A stretch of DNA of 64,000 nucleotides from Rebecca billardiae RCC1528 (GCA_965240325.2 OZ251235.1:124001-188000); one strand, 5' to 3'; shown: positions 45,729 to 58,278, numbered from the stretch's first letter. Translations and numbers: made by a program. Notes: a model not told the origin generated them from the sequence alone.

Positions 45729-46024
45729 GATGCTTCGCCCGCCGCCACTGCGTGCGCGCCCTTCTCGTGGCCGCCTTGCGCTCGGCCGCTCGCGCCCTGC
45801 GCGCGCGCGCGAACGAAGAATGGAGATGCTGTTTCCGCACGCACCGGACAGCTTTTCCAACCGGCCGCGTCGCGCCCGCGCTCGCTCGCCTGCCCATCGC
45901 GACACCGGTCTCCCCCGGCAAGTTGCCTGACGAATGCCGTGCACAGCCGGATGGCGCTTCGTCAGTCAAGTCGGCCGTGGCGCTGCAGTGTCTGTGGCCG
46001 ACGTCACCGTCGCCCGTCCGTCCG

Positions 46025-47749
46025 ATGCTCACCGCGCTGCGGCCCCTGGCCGCGAGGAGCGCGCCGCGCTGGGCGCTGCTCGCGCGCGCGGCCTCGACCC
46101 GGTCGTCCACGCTCGAGCGCATCGCGAAGCTCGAGGCAGCTGCGCGCGCGGGCGGCGGCGAGACGCGCGTCGCCGCGCAGCACGAGCGCGGTAAGCTGAC
46201 AGCGCGCGAGCGCATCGAGCTGCTCCTCGACCCGGGCTCGTTCCGCGAGATGGACATGATCAAGGCGCACCGCTGCGTCGACTTTGACATGGCCGGGAAG
46301 CAGTTCCCCGGCGACGGCGTCGTCACAGGCTACGGCACGGTCGACGGACGCACGGTGTTTGTCTTCTCGCAGGACTTCACCGTCTTCGGCGGCTCGCTCT
46401 CGGAGACGCACGCGGAGAAGATCTGCAAGGTGATGGACAAGGCGATGATGGTCGGCGCGCCCGTCGTCGGGCTCAACGACTCGGGCGGCGCGCGCATCCA
46501 GGAGGGCATCGACTCGCTCGGCGGGTACGCGGACGTGTTCCAGCGCAACGTGCTGGCGAGCGGCGTGGTGCCGCAGATCTCCGCCGTGATGGGGCCGTGC
46601 GCGGGCGGCGCGGTGTACTCGCCCGCGCTGACCGACCTGACGTTCATGGTGCACCGCTCGTCGTACATGTTCGTCACCGGCCCCGACGTCGTGCAGACCG
46701 TCACCAACGAGACGGTCACCGCCGAGCAGCTCGGCGGCGCGCACACGCACACGAGCGTGTCGGGCTGCGCGCACAACGCGTACGACAACGACCTCGAGGC
46801 GCTGCAGGCGGTGCGGCGCGCGCTGTCGTACCTGCCGCAGTCGAACCGCGAGCCGCCGCCGCGCGTGCCCACCGCGGACAGCCCCACGCGCCGCGTCGAG
46901 CCGCTCAACACCATGGTGCCCGACGACCCCAACGTGCCGTACGACATGCGGCGCGTGGTCGAGGTGCTCGCGGACGCGGGCTCGGCGTTTGAGCTCACGC
47001 CCGCGTGGGCGCCCAACATCCTCACGTACTTCGTGCGGATGGACGGCCGCTCGGTCGGCGTGGTGGCGAACCAGCCGAACGCGCTCGCCGGCTGCCTCGA
47101 CATCAACTCGTCGATCAAGGCCGCGCGCTTCGTCCGCATGTGCGACGCGTTCCGGCTGCCGCTCGTCACGCTCGTGGACGTGCCGGGCTTCTTGCCCGGC
47201 ACCGCGCAGGAGTCGGGCGGGATCATCCGCAACGGCGCCAAGCTGCTGTTCGCGTTCGCGGAGGCGACGGTGCCCAAGGTGACGGTGATCACGCGGAAGG
47301 TGCGCGCCGCGCGCGCGCGCCACGCGCCCTCGCACCGTCGCCCGCCTCCCGCGCCTCGCGCGCTCGGCCATCCGCCGCCGCCGACGGCGCGCGCGCCGCC
47401 CGCGCGCGCAATCCGGCCGCAGGCGTACGGCGGCGCATACGACGTGATGTCGTCCAAGCACCTGCGAGGCGACTCGAACTACGCGTGGCCCTCGGCCGAG
47501 ATCGCGGTGATGGGCGCGCAGGGCGCGTGCGAGATCCTCTTCCGCGGGCGCAGCCCCGCCGAGCTCAAGGTCGAGGTTGAGAACTACCAGGCGACCTTCT
47601 CCAACCCGATCAAGGCGGCGCAGCGCGGCTTTGTCGACGCGATCATCGAGCCCGCCGAGACGCGGCGACTGATCTGCGAGGACCTGGAGACGCTGGAGGG
47701 GAAGCGGCTGGAGAATCCGGCGAAGCGGCACGCCAACATGCCGCTCTAG
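46025..47749 (+). CDS. PCCB: Propionyl-CoA carboxylase beta chain, mitochondrial; in-frame intron 47300-47422
   Basis: Arg/Ala-rich transit peptide, [53 protein letters not shown]|[25 protein letters not shown]. Confidence 0.96.
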   Translation: MLTALRPLAARSAPRWALLARAASTRSSTLERIAKLEAAARAGGGETRVAAQHERGKLTARERIELLLDPGSFREMDMIKAHRCVDFDMAGKQFPGDGVVTGYGTVDGRTVFVFSQDFTVFGGSLSETHAEKICKVMDKAMMVGAPVVGLNDSGGARIQEGIDSLGGYADVFQRNVLASGVVPQISAVMGPCAGGAVYSPALTDLTFMVHRSSYMFVTGPDVVQTVTNETVTAEQLGGAHTHTSVSGCAHNAYDNDLEALQAVRRALSYLPQSNREPPPRVPTADSPTRRVEPLNTMVPDDPNVPYDMRRVVEVLADAGSAFELTPAWAPNILTYFVRMDGRSVGVVANQPNALAGCLDINSSIKAARFVRMCDAFRLPLVTLVDVPGFLPGTAQESGGIIRNGAKLLFAFAEATVPKVTVITRKVRAARARHAPSHRRPPPAPRALGHPPPPTARAPPARAIRPQAYGGAYDVMSSKHLRGDSNYAWPSAEIAVMGAQGACEILFRGRSPAELKVEVENYQATFSNPIKAAQRGFVDAIIEPAETRRLICEDLETLEGKRLENPAKRHANMPL

Positions 47750-48340
47750 CACAGCCGCACGGCCCAGCTCGACCCAGCCTGGAAGTGGCGGCGATGGCTG
47801 CGGCGGCTCGGACCGCGGCAGGTCCCAAGTCGGCGCGGCCGCGCGGCAGGGGGCCCGGCGCGGTCACGGTGTCCGGGCGTGCGCCGGGCGCCGGGCGGCG
47901 GACCGCTGATGAGGTAGTGCAGCCTGTCATTGTTCAAGCGGCGGCTGTTTTCGCATCGTTAGTTCACTTTTCGTGCACCGCCGCCTTCACGTCTACGTCC
48001 AATCATGATGTTAGCCTCGCGACATTAGCGCGGGCGTCATCTCCGTCTTGCATGGGCACCGGCCGCGGCCGCCATCCTGGACGTGTTCCAACGGCAAGCG
48101 TCATCCGTTTCGTCCACGGCATGCACTCTTGAAATCTCAGAATTCGAGATCAGAAGACAGTGCCTGGCAACGTCGCTCGTCAACCCGTCGGACAAGGGCC
48201 CTTGCCCGTGACGTCAAAAGAACGCGACTGTCCGGTGCGCGCAGCGGCCGTCAAGTCGTCAACGCGCGCACAGCGGCCACGGCGCCAGTACCCGCGCCGC
48301 TTCGCCTTACCCACCGCCGCCGCCGTTTCCGCACGTGGAG

Positions 48341-50077
48341 ATGTGCGGCATCTTCGCGCTGTTCGATGCGTCCCTGACGAAGGCGGAGCTGCAGGCGCTC
48401 ACCGAGAAGCTCACGGCGCTCCTCAAGCACCGCGGCCCCGACGAGGTCGGCTGCCACGTCGGCGCGGGCTTCGGGCTCGGCCACGCTCGGCTGTCGATCA
48501 TGGACCCGAGCCACGGGCACCAGCCGCTGCTCCACTCGCCGACGGGCAACGCGCTCGTCCACAACGGCGAGATCTACAACCACGAGCAGCTCCGCAAGCG
48601 CGCCGTCGACGAGGCCGCGCAGCTCGGCGAGCCCGCGCCTGAGTTCCACACGCACTCGGACTCGGAGTCGGTCCTGCCGCTGTTCGCGCGGCACGGGCCG
48701 GAGGTGGCATCGATGCTCGACGGGATGTTCGCCGTGGTGCTCGCGCAGCCCGACGGCACGATCTTCGCCGCCCGCGACCCGTGCGGCATCAAGCCCCTCT
48801 ACCGCGGCTGGTCGGCGTCCGGGCGCGTGCTGTTTGCGTCCGAGCTCAAGTGCCTGGTCGGCCAGTGCGAGTCGGCGGAGGAGTTCCCGGCGGGGCACTA
48901 CTGGACGCGCGCGACGGGGTACGTGCGGTACTTCTCGCCCTCGTGGCTCTCCCCCGCCCTCGACTCGCCCTCCGCCGACGCGGTCGTCGCCTCGGACTCG
49001 ACGCTCTCGCTGCCGAGCGGCGGTCCGGAGCGGCTGCGCTCGCTGCTCTCCGCCGCGGTCAAGAAGCGCCTCATGTCCGACGTGGGGTTCGGGCTGCTGC
49101 TCTCGGGCGGGCTGGACTCGGCGGTGGTGTGCAAGCTGATGTCCGAGCTCGTCGACATGAGCACGATCAAGTCCTTCACCGTCGGCATGGCCAACTCGCC
49201 CGACATCATGGCCGCGCGCGAGATCGCCAAGCAGTTTGGCACCGACCACCGCGAGTACATCTTCACCGCGGAGGAGGCGTTCGCCGCGCTGCCGACGGTG
49301 GTGTACCACCTCGAGACGTACGAGCCCGAGCTGATCCGCTCGTCGATCCCGAACTACTTCCTCGCCAAGCTCGCCGGCTCGCACACCAAGGTCGTCCTCA
49401 CCGGCGAGGGCGCCGACGAGCTGTTCGCCGGGTACCTCTACTTCCGCGACTGCCCGAGCCGCGAGGCGATGCAGAGCGAGACGCTGCGCATCTGGGACGC
49501 GCTGCACAACGTCAACCTGCAGCGCTCCGACCGCATGTCGATGGCGCACTCGCTCGAGGCGCGCGTGCCCTTCCTCGACGTCGAGGTGATGCAGGAGGCC
49601 TTCGGCCACATCGACCCGTCGCACAAGATGCACTCGGACGAGCGGATCGAGAAGCACGTCGTGCGCGCGCTCTTTGAGGGCGAGCTGCCGCACGAGGTGC
49701 TGTGGCGCACCAAGGCGATGCAGTGCGAGGGCGTGGGCACGGACTGGGTGTCGATCCTGCAGGGCATGTGCGCGCAGGCCGTCTCCGACGACGAGTTCGC
49801 CGCCGCCGCCGAGCGCTACCCCATCAACCCGCCCCACTCCAAGGAGGAGTACTACTACCGCGCCCTCTTCGAGAAGAACTTTCACGGAATGGACCAGTTC
49901 ATCCACACGTGGCCGGGCGGCTGCCGCGCGGGCGGCGCGCCGTGGAAGAGCGCGGCGTACACGCGCGCCGGGCTGGCGGACACGACGCAGCTCAAGCACG
50001 GGCTGATGGAGGGCGTCGAGATCGTCACCGAGGCGGGCACGGGCAAGAAGATCGCCACGCCGCAGATGCAGGCATGA
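48341..50077 (+). CDS. ASNS: Asparagine synthetase (glutamine-hydrolysing)
   Basis: N-terminal MCGIF, HRGPD, RLSIMD, HNGEIYN, RDPCGIKPLY, LLSGGLDS, VLTGEGADELFAGY, LEARVPFLD. Confidence 0.96.
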   Translation: MCGIFALFDASLTKAELQALTEKLTALLKHRGPDEVGCHVGAGFGLGHARLSIMDPSHGHQPLLHSPTGNALVHNGEIYNHEQLRKRAVDEAAQLGEPAPEFHTHSDSESVLPLFARHGPEVASMLDGMFAVVLAQPDGTIFAARDPCGIKPLYRGWSASGRVLFASELKCLVGQCESAEEFPAGHYWTRATGYVRYFSPSWLSPALDSPSADAVVASDSTLSLPSGGPERLRSLLSAAVKKRLMSDVGFGLLLSGGLDSAVVCKLMSELVDMSTIKSFTVGMANSPDIMAAREIAKQFGTDHREYIFTAEEAFAALPTVVYHLETYEPELIRSSIPNYFLAKLAGSHTKVVLTGEGADELFAGYLYFRDCPSREAMQSETLRIWDALHNVNLQRSDRMSMAHSLEARVPFLDVEVMQEAFGHIDPSHKMHSDERIEKHVVRALFEGELPHEVLWRTKAMQCEGVGTDWVSILQGMCAQAVSDDEFAAAAERYPINPPHSKEEYYYRALFEKNFHGMDQFIHTWPGGCRAGGAPWKSAAYTRAGLADTTQLKHGLMEGVEIVTEAGTGKKIATPQMQA

Positions 50078-51200
50078 GCGCCTCCTCGCACGGAGCCGTG
50101 ACGAGCGCGCGCGCCCAGGCTCACGCCCAGCCGGGTTGCGCGCGCGCCGCCCAGTCGCACATGGCCGGCGACTTGGCACGGCGTCGTCGCGTCGCCGCGT
50201 CGTCGGTGACGCGGGCGCGCACCGCGCACCGCTTGGCGCACGCACCCGGCATTCCACTCTGCATCCCCTACCAGCTGCGCTCCCGATTCGCACGCGCACG
50301 AGCAGCCCCAAGCGCGCCCGGCCCGCCCCTGCCGCGCCCCCTGTACACACCACGGCCGCCCCCCGGCGGTGGACAGGGTGCGGCCAGAGGCGCAGCGCGC
50401 GCTGGCGTTGTTCGCTCGATGGCGCAAGCCCCTTTGCACCTTACGCTCTCTGCTCGCTCAAGGCCAAGCACAACGCGCTGAGCGGGCTCGGATGCCACGC
50501 CCTTCTCGCCACCACACTCTGCCGCTGCCCAATCAATCAGCTACTAGTACCCCCCACTGCCGGCTGGGTCCACCGATCGCCGGCGGGCTTGCACAACATC
50601 ACGCGCATTTTGCCGTCCCGGGCTGACCAGCAATCCACTGCACCAGGAGTTGCCGTCGGCCCTGTACTTCACACTTCTCGCGCCTCTCACGCCGTCCGAT
50701 CTCGGCCGCTGGCGCGCTCGCTTCCTTGGCCATCCGCGTCTCGCCCCCTCGCTCGTCTTAGTCAGCTTAGTTGCCCGGCTGAGCAGCCGGGCGGGCTGGT
50801 GAGCGTTATACGAGCGGGCCGCCGGGCCGTGAGCGGGCTGTGGACGTTGAGCGTCTGATACGACTGCCTCCGCGCCTGCCTCGCGGCGTGACACCGATAC
50901 ACATCGGTCGTCTGCGCCACTTGTTCTCGCACTGCTATCGAATCAAAGTCGTCATCTGTGTGTCGTCCGATTCCACACCCGCACGGCCGCGCGGCGGCAC
51001 CGCTACTAATTGTACATTGACGGTCCGGATGAGCGTAACAAGGGGCTGGTCGCAATGCGCACGGCCGCCGCCGCTGCGGCAAGGGTGACCACCCTTGGCT
51101 GCGGAGCCATCCGGGGGCTCCGGGCCCGAAATCTGCGCGCTGAGGAATCCCCGATGCAACGGACCGGGCGAGGACGAAAGGGCACGAGACGAGCGCGCTC

Positions 51201-52238
51201 ATGCAGCTGGCCGCGATCGCGCTGCCGCTGGCGGCGGGGGCATGCGCCGGCCCATGGCTGAGCGCGCAACGCGCCCCATTGCTCGTCGCGGCGCCCAGCT
51301 CGCTCGCCCGGGCCGGCGCGCTGCGCATGGTCACGCGGCAGGAGGCGGAGGCGATGGGTCGGACTGAGCTGCTCGAGACGTTGAGCTCGACGACCGAGAC
51401 GCGCGACTGGAGCGAGCTGGACTGGCTGCGCGTGTACAGAAGCGCGGCGCAGCGGCAGTTCCTCCCCGGCTTCAACAGCGTGAGCGGCCTCCGCCCGACC
51501 GACGTCTCCGTGCCGGAGCTCGAGCAGCGCACGCAGATGCCCATCGAGGCGCTCACACCCTCCGGCTCGAACGCGCAGTGGTACCTCGTCGGCGCGGCGT
51601 TCTTCGCACTGGAGCTGTGCGCCGCGCGGCTGCTCGGGCTGGAGAGCACGCTCGTCCGCGCGCTGCCCGTCGCCGCCATCGCCTTCTGCGTCGACCAGCT
51701 GGTGCTCGGCTCGCGCCTCACACTGCTGATAGTCACCGCGCTTCGGCCCGAGTACGCGGACAAGCTTGCGCGGCACGAGGCGGGGCACTTCTTGCTGGCG
51801 TACCTGTGCGGGCTGCCCGTCACGGCGTACTTCCTCGCGGGGCGCGCGCTCACCATCGGCCAGGCGGGCACGGTCTTCCTCGACCTCGACCTCGCCGAGC
51901 AGCTGCAGCGCGGAGAGATCAAGCAGTCGACGCTCGCGCGGTACACGACCATCCTGATGGGCGGGATCGCGGGCGAGGCGCTGACGTACCGCCGGGCGGA
52001 GGGCGGGTGGGCGGATGAGCAGCAGCTGGTCTCGCTGCTCGGCTCGCTCCGCCCGCCGTGGGGCCCGCAGCGAGTCCTCAACCTCGCGCGCTGGTCCGCG
52101 GTGCAGGCGATCGAGCTGCTGCGCGAGCACTCGGCTGTGCACGATGAGCTCGCGCTCGCCATGCGCCGCGGCGCGTCGCTCGGCGAGTGCCTCGACCTCG
52201 TCGGCCGAGGCATCGAAGGCGCGGCCAAGCAAGAATAA
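51201..52238 (+). CDS. Plastid-targeted M41/FtsH-like zinc protease-domain membrane protein (VIR3-like)
   Basis: Signal peptide plus transit-like region ending ALRM; TM segments; HEAGHFLLAYLCGLPV, GQAGTVF, MGGIAGEAL. Confidence 0.75.
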   Translation: MQLAAIALPLAAGACAGPWLSAQRAPLLVAAPSSLARAGALRMVTRQEAEAMGRTELLETLSSTTETRDWSELDWLRVYRSAAQRQFLPGFNSVSGLRPTDVSVPELEQRTQMPIEALTPSGSNAQWYLVGAAFFALELCAARLLGLESTLVRALPVAAIAFCVDQLVLGSRLTLLIVTALRPEYADKLARHEAGHFLLAYLCGLPVTAYFLAGRALTIGQAGTVFLDLDLAEQLQRGEIKQSTLARYTTILMGGIAGEALTYRRAEGGWADEQQLVSLLGSLRPPWGPQRVLNLARWSAVQAIELLREHSAVHDELALAMRRGASLGECLDLVGRGIEGAAKQE

Positions 52239-52892
52239 GGACCGCGCCGGCTCCTAGTCAGGCTGACAGGCTCGATGCACGCCAATACTGAAACAAGAGT
52301 CAAGAACTGAAGATTAAGAAGTCTGCATCATAAGCCTCATGGAGCTCAATCTCATTCTCCCGATTCTCCGGAGTCACCCCACAGATGCCAGGCTACGACG
52401 TTCATTCTGAGTCTGTCACTAGCAGTAGCTAGTGTCAGACGGATGTCGGATCGGCGCAGCAGAATAAGCAATCATCGTAGGCGTCAAGCGTCGGCCGCCA
52501 GCAGAGTCTGCGCATCCGATATACTCTGTCAGACAGCGCATCCGAGCCTGACAGTGACGCGGTGGTTGGTGGGCAGCGCCGGGCCGCCCGATACGAAGCC
52601 ACTGATTAGCAAAGCGCGCCAAAGTGACGAGCTCAGCGGTATAAGTAGGGGATAGGCTCCGGCTTATTCGGTCCACCCACCCCCCACCCCCCCAGTCCCG
52701 GGTCAACTGGAGCGTTACATCTTGACACTGCAATCGGCGGGATCGCCGCCTCTGATGATCTACGATAGCTCCCAGACCACCCCAGGCGCGGTAGACCTGC
52801 CTTGTCCTTGGACGCCGACATTACGGCCCGTAGTCTTAGTAGAATTAGTAGTAGATGGATCTAATCCGAGCCACACCTCCAATCACCAATGA

Positions 52893-53066
52893 CCAATAGG
52901 TTCAGACTCTATTTTCTATAACTAAATACCCAGCCCGGGTACCGTTTTCGAATATGTATAACTATACGTAGGTCGGCCCGGAACGCAGACGCTGGCCCGG
53001 ACTGTCGGCTGAAATCTGAGTAAGGGGCGGGTAATTACATAGTAAAATAGAGTCTGAACCTATTGG
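52893..53066. repeat. Inverted repeat with 23-bp perfect arms (52893-52915 / 53044-53066), possible MITE relic
   Basis: CCAATAGGTTCAGACTCTATTTT and its exact reverse complement. Imperfect pairing extends out to ~52864/53079. Confidence 0.75.
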
Positions 53067-53520
53067 GAGGTGGTCGGATGCGACATTTCTCGTTGAAGTC
53101 ATCAATCGGGGGTCGGAAGGGACTCTGCTGCATGGTCCGCTTGGTTGACTTCAGCTCGGGCCGCTCCGGGGGCCAATAAGACGTAATAACCCGGCGGGAG
53201 CTGGGCCTGGGACGGTGGGGACTGCCGACTGGGGGCGCCGGTGGACCCGCGCCACCGGGAGCCCGGACTCGGAGCCGATAACTATTATCATAGGCTTCTG
53301 ATCCGCCCGCTAGTCCGTGCAGTAGTCGAGTAGCAGTCGTAGTAGGCAGTGACTAAACTCGTATTCTGCGGTGACACCGTCTGAGTAGCTTCCGAGGTGC
53401 AGTAGACCTGAGCTCACAGTCACTCCGAGGGCCAAGTTGGCAGAAGCGATGCCAACGCCGTAGCCTTGGCCATTCCTTGTTGCGCGTGGCTTGGTGCGAG
53501 CCCAGACGACAGCCGCCCTC

Positions 53521-54060
53521 TCATGCCGCGGATGTGCGCGTCTCGCCCGCGGGCGCCGAGATCTGCAGTTTGGCCGCGAGCTCCTCAGGCAGCTCTGGCG
53601 GCGGCTCAGGCCCGTGGATGAACTTGCGTCGCCTCTCCGTCCGCGCCTCCGCGGCACGATGCTGCTCGAAGCGGTTGCGCTCGTGCACGACCAGCTTCAG
53701 CCGCGCGATCGATCTCGCTACCGCGCGCAGCCGCTCGGGGTGCGGCATCGTCGTCTTCATCACGCTGTGGTGGCGGCGCGCGGTGAGCAGCATGTTCCGC
53801 TCCTTCATCAGCACGACCCACAGCTTCTCCAGGTCGGCGGAGCTCTTCTTGCGCAGCTCGGCCGCGTTCCACGCGCGCCCGGGCGGCGGGAGGTCGTCAT
53901 CTGCGTCGTACGGGTCCTTGAACTCGGCGAGCGGATCGGCTGGGGTCGAGAGCCACCGTGCTGGGCGTGGGCCCGTGGCACTAAGTCGCGCAGCCGCCCG
54001 AATCACCCAGGGCGACTGGCGCGTGGGCCCACAGCTCGTGCGCGAGAGCCGCGAGAGCAT
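53521..54060 (-). CDS. MRPL47: Mitochondrial ribosomal protein uL29m (L47)
   Basis: Transit peptide MLSRLSRT...; [33 protein letters not shown]...[20 protein letters not shown]. Confidence 0.9.
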   Translation of the reverse strand: MLSRLSRTSCGPTRQSPWVIRAAARLSATGPRPARWLSTPADPLAEFKDPYDADDDLPPPGRAWNAAELRKKSSADLEKLWVVLMKERNMLLTARRHHSVMKTTMPHPERLRAVARSIARLKLVVHERNRFEQHRAAEARTERRRKFIHGPEPPPELPEELAAKLQISAPAGETRTSAA

Positions 54061-54314
54061 GCCGATGCCCACTGCTGAGAGCCGCGCGTGCTCCTCCGCT
54101 GCCACGCCTCGCCCCCCTGACGTCGCAGGCGCCGGCCACGCGCACGCGCCGCGCGGAGCCTCCTGCTCGTAGCGTGCCGAGCGACCACGAACGTGTGGCC
54201 GCTTCGCTGGCTTGGCGCGCGGTAGATCCGGACAGCACCGGACCCGGACTCTTGCCTCGTGGCTTTAGCGAGCGCTCCCATCGCTGGTCTCGCGACGACA
54301 CCCCGCCCGCAGCG

Positions 54315-54719
54315 ATGACGGTCAAGCCGCTTGAGAAGAGGAAGAAGGTGGTGAAGCGGCCGAACAAGGTCAAGCGCCACCAGTCCGACCAGTTCATGCG
54401 CGTGAAGGAGAGCTGGCGCAAGCCCCGTGGTATCGACTCGCGCGTGCGCCGGAAGTTTAAGGGCAACATCCGCATGCCCACGATCGGCTCGGGCACGGAC
54501 AAGAAGGTCCGCCACCAGATGCCGAACGGCTTCTATCGCTTCGTGGTCAACAACATGAAGGATCTCGAGCTCCTCATGATGCAGAACCGCAAGTATGCGG
54601 CGGAGATCGCACACAACGTCTCCTCGCGGAAACGCGAGGAGCTCGTGAAGCGCGCAGCGCAGCTCAACATCAAGGTGACCAACGGCGCCGCGAAGATGCG
54701 CGAGAACGAGAACGAGTAG
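54315..54719 (+). CDS. RPL32: 60S ribosomal protein eL32
   Basis: [14 protein letters not shown]...[18 protein letters not shown]...MPTIG...[24 protein letters not shown]. Confidence 0.97.
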   Translation: MTVKPLEKRKKVVKRPNKVKRHQSDQFMRVKESWRKPRGIDSRVRRKFKGNIRMPTIGSGTDKKVRHQMPNGFYRFVVNNMKDLELLMMQNRKYAAEIAHNVSSRKREELVKRAAQLNIKVTNGAAKMRENENE

Positions 54720-55312
54720 GCGCGCAGCCCGTGGGCGGGCTCTCTGCACGGCGCGCGCGTGGCGGGCGCCCGTGCCGCCGCGCAGACGACTCGCCGCGCA
54801 GGGTTTTGGAGGCGCTGCACGGCGCGCAGTCGGGTGGGGCAGCGGCAGTGACCTTCAGCTGACTGGGCACGTGCGCTGTGTCGTGTACGACGGCGCGACG
54901 ACGCTCCGTGCGCCTGCTGGGCTGTGCGAAGGCCGGCTTGCAGCTTGGTCGGGGAGCCCTGACTCAGGCTGTCGCGCTCAGCGCCGGCCGCGGGTCAGCG
55001 ACAGCAGCTGCTGGCCGGAGCCCGGACTCACGCGACCCGAATATGTGGTGACTGCGTCAGTCATCAGTGGCGGGCGCACCACCGTCGAACGTGCAGCATC
55101 TCGCTGGCGGCACACAGCGCCAGAGTGCCGGACTCGTGGACTGATACCGGTAGCCTGCGGGCAGTGCTGGACGCCAGGTGCGCTCAACTGCTCCTCAGGC
55201 GTCAGTCATCAATAGATATCGTCTAGAGACTCTGCCATACCATACGTACCGACTTGGACACTTGGTCGATCATTAATTAACTGAGATCTCACAGGGCGCG
55301 CTACTAAACGCG

Positions 55313-58278
55313 ATGATCATGATGATGGCGGCGACCCCGCCCCTACACCACCTGAACCATGCGGTTGGCGTGGTGGTGGCGGTGCTCGTGGTCATCAGCT
55401 GCGTCGCAGTGCGGTGGTGGCAGACGCGTCGCCGTGACGTGCCGGCCGGCGCGCTGGACCTGTGCGGGGGCCGCTGCTGCTGCGCGCTCGAGGGTTGGCT
55501 GGACTCGGTCGAGCCCAGCATGGTCGCCGTGGCCGCAGCCGAGGACGGCCACAGACGAGCGCTCGTCGCCTCGAGCACGAGCGCGGTGCGCACACTGGAG
55601 AGCGCCATGCGTGCATGCGATCAGCACGACCTGCGTGCGGCCATCAACCTTCTCGACTCGCCCGCCTCCGCGGCGAGCAGCGCGCTCGCACTCGCGCTTG
55701 TGGCGCTCAACGGTGCGCGCGCGCACGCGTGTGTGCTCGGTGCGCACACCGCGCGCCCGCTGGCGCGCACCGCTGATGATGGCGCTTGACGTGTACGCCC
55801 CTCGCCCATGCCGCCCGCCCCGCGCCTCCAGCCGAGCACGCGCTCGCGCTGGTCGAGGCGAAGGCCGTGCCTGCGTTGTGCGCGCTCGCCCTCCACGCGC
55901 CCTCTGCGCCCGAGGGCGAGGCGGCGGCGGCGGCGGCGGAGGCGGCGGAGGCGTGTCGCGTGCACGCGGCGTGCGCCTTGTCCGTGCTCGCGCTCCGCTG
56001 CGCACGCGCGGCGCGGCAGCCCGACCGTCGCACAGCGCGCGGGCCGAGCTCGCTCGTGCCGGCGCTGTCGCTACTAGTCGCGCGCGGCGCCGCGGCGGCG
56101 GCGAGCGCAGCGGAGCGCGAGGCTGCGCGTGCGGCCTGCTGCGGCCTGGCGCTGGCGCTGGCGCCGACGGCTGCCGAGCGGGCGCGATGGGCGCGGCGGG
56201 CGGGCGCGCCGCTCGAGCCTCCCGACGAGCCGCGCGCGCGCGAGTGCACACGGCTCGCGCGGATGTGCGGCGCGGGAGCCCTGCTGCGCTTCGTCCGGCA
56301 TGGCTGCTGCCTCCGGCGCGGGGAGCGGGGCGCGGCTGCGGAGCCGGCGGCGCCGCCGGGCGGCCGCGCGTCGGCCGCGCCGACACCGGCCCCGGCCGCC
56401 GCGCCGGCGAGCTCGGCGCCGAACAGCGCGCGCGCGAGCTCCGCCCTGGGCGCGTGTGCCGAGGCGGGCGGGGTGCTGCTGCTGGTAGCGGTGCTGCAGG
56501 GCTGCGCGGACGGTCCGGAGCGCTCGGCGCTGCTGGCGGCGGGGGCCATCGGCGTGCTGGCCGAGGCGGCCGCGAGCGCGTCGACGGCGGCGGCGCGGTG
56601 CGCGGCGCTCTGCGCGCTCGCCGACGAGCGCCGCCGCGCGCTTCGCCACGCGGGCCGCGAGCACGCGCCGCGTTGGCGCGCGCGCGCGCGCCCCGCGCGC
56701 CGCCCCGCGCCCGCTGACAGCGCGTGGCGCGCGCGGCAGCTGCTCACTCTGCTGCGCGAGCGGCTGGGCGGCGCCGCGGCCGCGCGCTCGGCCGCCGGCA
56801 CCGCCTTCATCCGACGGCTCAACGCCGAGCTCGCCGCGGCGTGCAGCGCGCCCTCCGCGCTGCCCGACCTCCTGTCGTACTACGAGGCGCGGCCGGAGCT
56901 CGCGCGCTACACGGCCGAGGCGGAGGCGGCGCGCATGCGCTACGTCGTGCTCGGGCAGTGCGCGGCGGGGGCGGGCGGGGGCGAGGAGGCGGGGGCGGCG
57001 GGGCGCCGCCCGGCCGGCCGCGTGCGCGCGGAGGGCACCCAGGCGGTGCGCGCGCACTACGCCGAGCGGCACGCGACGCGCTCGTCGCCGCCGATGCTCT
57101 GGCGCCTGGCGAATCAGAGCGTGCTTGCTGACTCGCTCGGCACGGTGGGGCGCTGCCTGGCGCGCGGAGTGCCGCCCGAGCTGGGCGTGCCCGCGCTGCG
57201 GTGCGTGGACGCGCGGTTCGTGCTCGACGAGCGCGAGGGCAGCCTGGGCGTGCGCGCGCAGCTCGAGGCCTTCTGCCCGAGCCCGCTCGCGCGTGACGGG
57301 CTGCTCGTCCTCGGCGGGTGCGCGCTGCACATGCAAGTGCTGCTGTGCGCGCGCGCGCCGCGGCTGCGCGCGTGGGCCGGCCCGCTGCCGGCCGGGCAGG
57401 CGCCGCCGCCTCCGTCCGACGCCGCGCTGCACGCGCTCGCGGAGGCGCTCGTGGCGGACGGCCAGTGGGCGGGGCTGCAGCCCGTCTGCCCGGGCTTCGA
57501 GCCAGGCGGCGCGTCGGAGGCTGAGCGGACGCGGCGGCCTGAGGGCGCGCAGCCGGCGCCGCCGGCCGGTGCCGCGCCTGGCGCTGCCGCCGCGGCGGAC
57601 GATGCCGCCATCCCCGCGCCGCACGCAATGGGCGGGCACGCCCGCGCGCAGCCCAGAGTCCGCCGGGCTGCGTCGTGGGCGGCCGCGCTGGGCGCGCCCG
57701 CACGGTGCGCAGAGGCGGCGTGCTCGGCGGCTGGCGCAGCGCCGCCGCCCGTGGGCGCACTCGCGCGCCTGGCCGCGCACGCCTCCACAGCGGCGGGCGC
57801 GCGGCTGCTGTGCACCTGGAGTGCTGCGCAGCTGGCGGCAGCCGAGGCCGACGCGCTCGCCCTGGCGTCTCTTGAGCTCGAGCTCGGCGTGTGCGCCCTG
57901 GCGCACGCGCGGCTGCCCAGCCTCGGGGCGGCCGCCGTCATCGCCGCCGACCCCATGGGCGGGGGTGCTCGAGCTGGCAGCCCGCTCAACGCACGCAAGC
58001 GTGGCACGCCACCGGCGCTGCGCGAGCTCGTGAAATGCGGCCGCGACGCCCTCGAGCGCGCGCAGTCCGAGCTTGCGCTTGAGCTGCTGGCAGCGGAGGC
58101 GACCGCCGCCGCCGTGGAGGCCGCAGTGGCGAAGAGGAGGGATGCCGCTGAGGGGTGCGCTTCGACGAGTATGGGCGGTGCTGACGGGGGCAGCGGTCAG
58201 CAGCCGACGGTCTGGCGAGTCGGGCCGACGAACCGCCAGGGCCGCCGGGCCCAGCCGCGGGGTGGCAAATCTGAGTAG
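55313..58278 (+). CDS. Hypothetical protein with N-terminal TM anchor and Ala-rich helical (ARM-like) region; intron 55713-55831
   Basis: A phase-1 GT..AG intron joins ORFs 55313-55789 and 55786-58278. TM AVGVVVAVLVVISCVAV; ARM-like AEAGGVLLLVAVL / LAAGAIGVL. No family recognised. Confidence 0.5.

Noticed and set aside
21974-47422. Several in-frame, stop-free introns (21974-22081, 26792-26905, 29514-29606, 36262-36426, 47300-47422) suggesting regulated retention
   Set aside because: Only about 6 of 20 inferred introns have 3n length, matching chance, and absent stops follow from GC content.
45752-50077. PCCB and asparagine synthetase as a bacterial operon or HGT island
   Set aside because: PCCB has a spliceosomal intron and transit peptide, both genes match host codon style, and they share no pathway.
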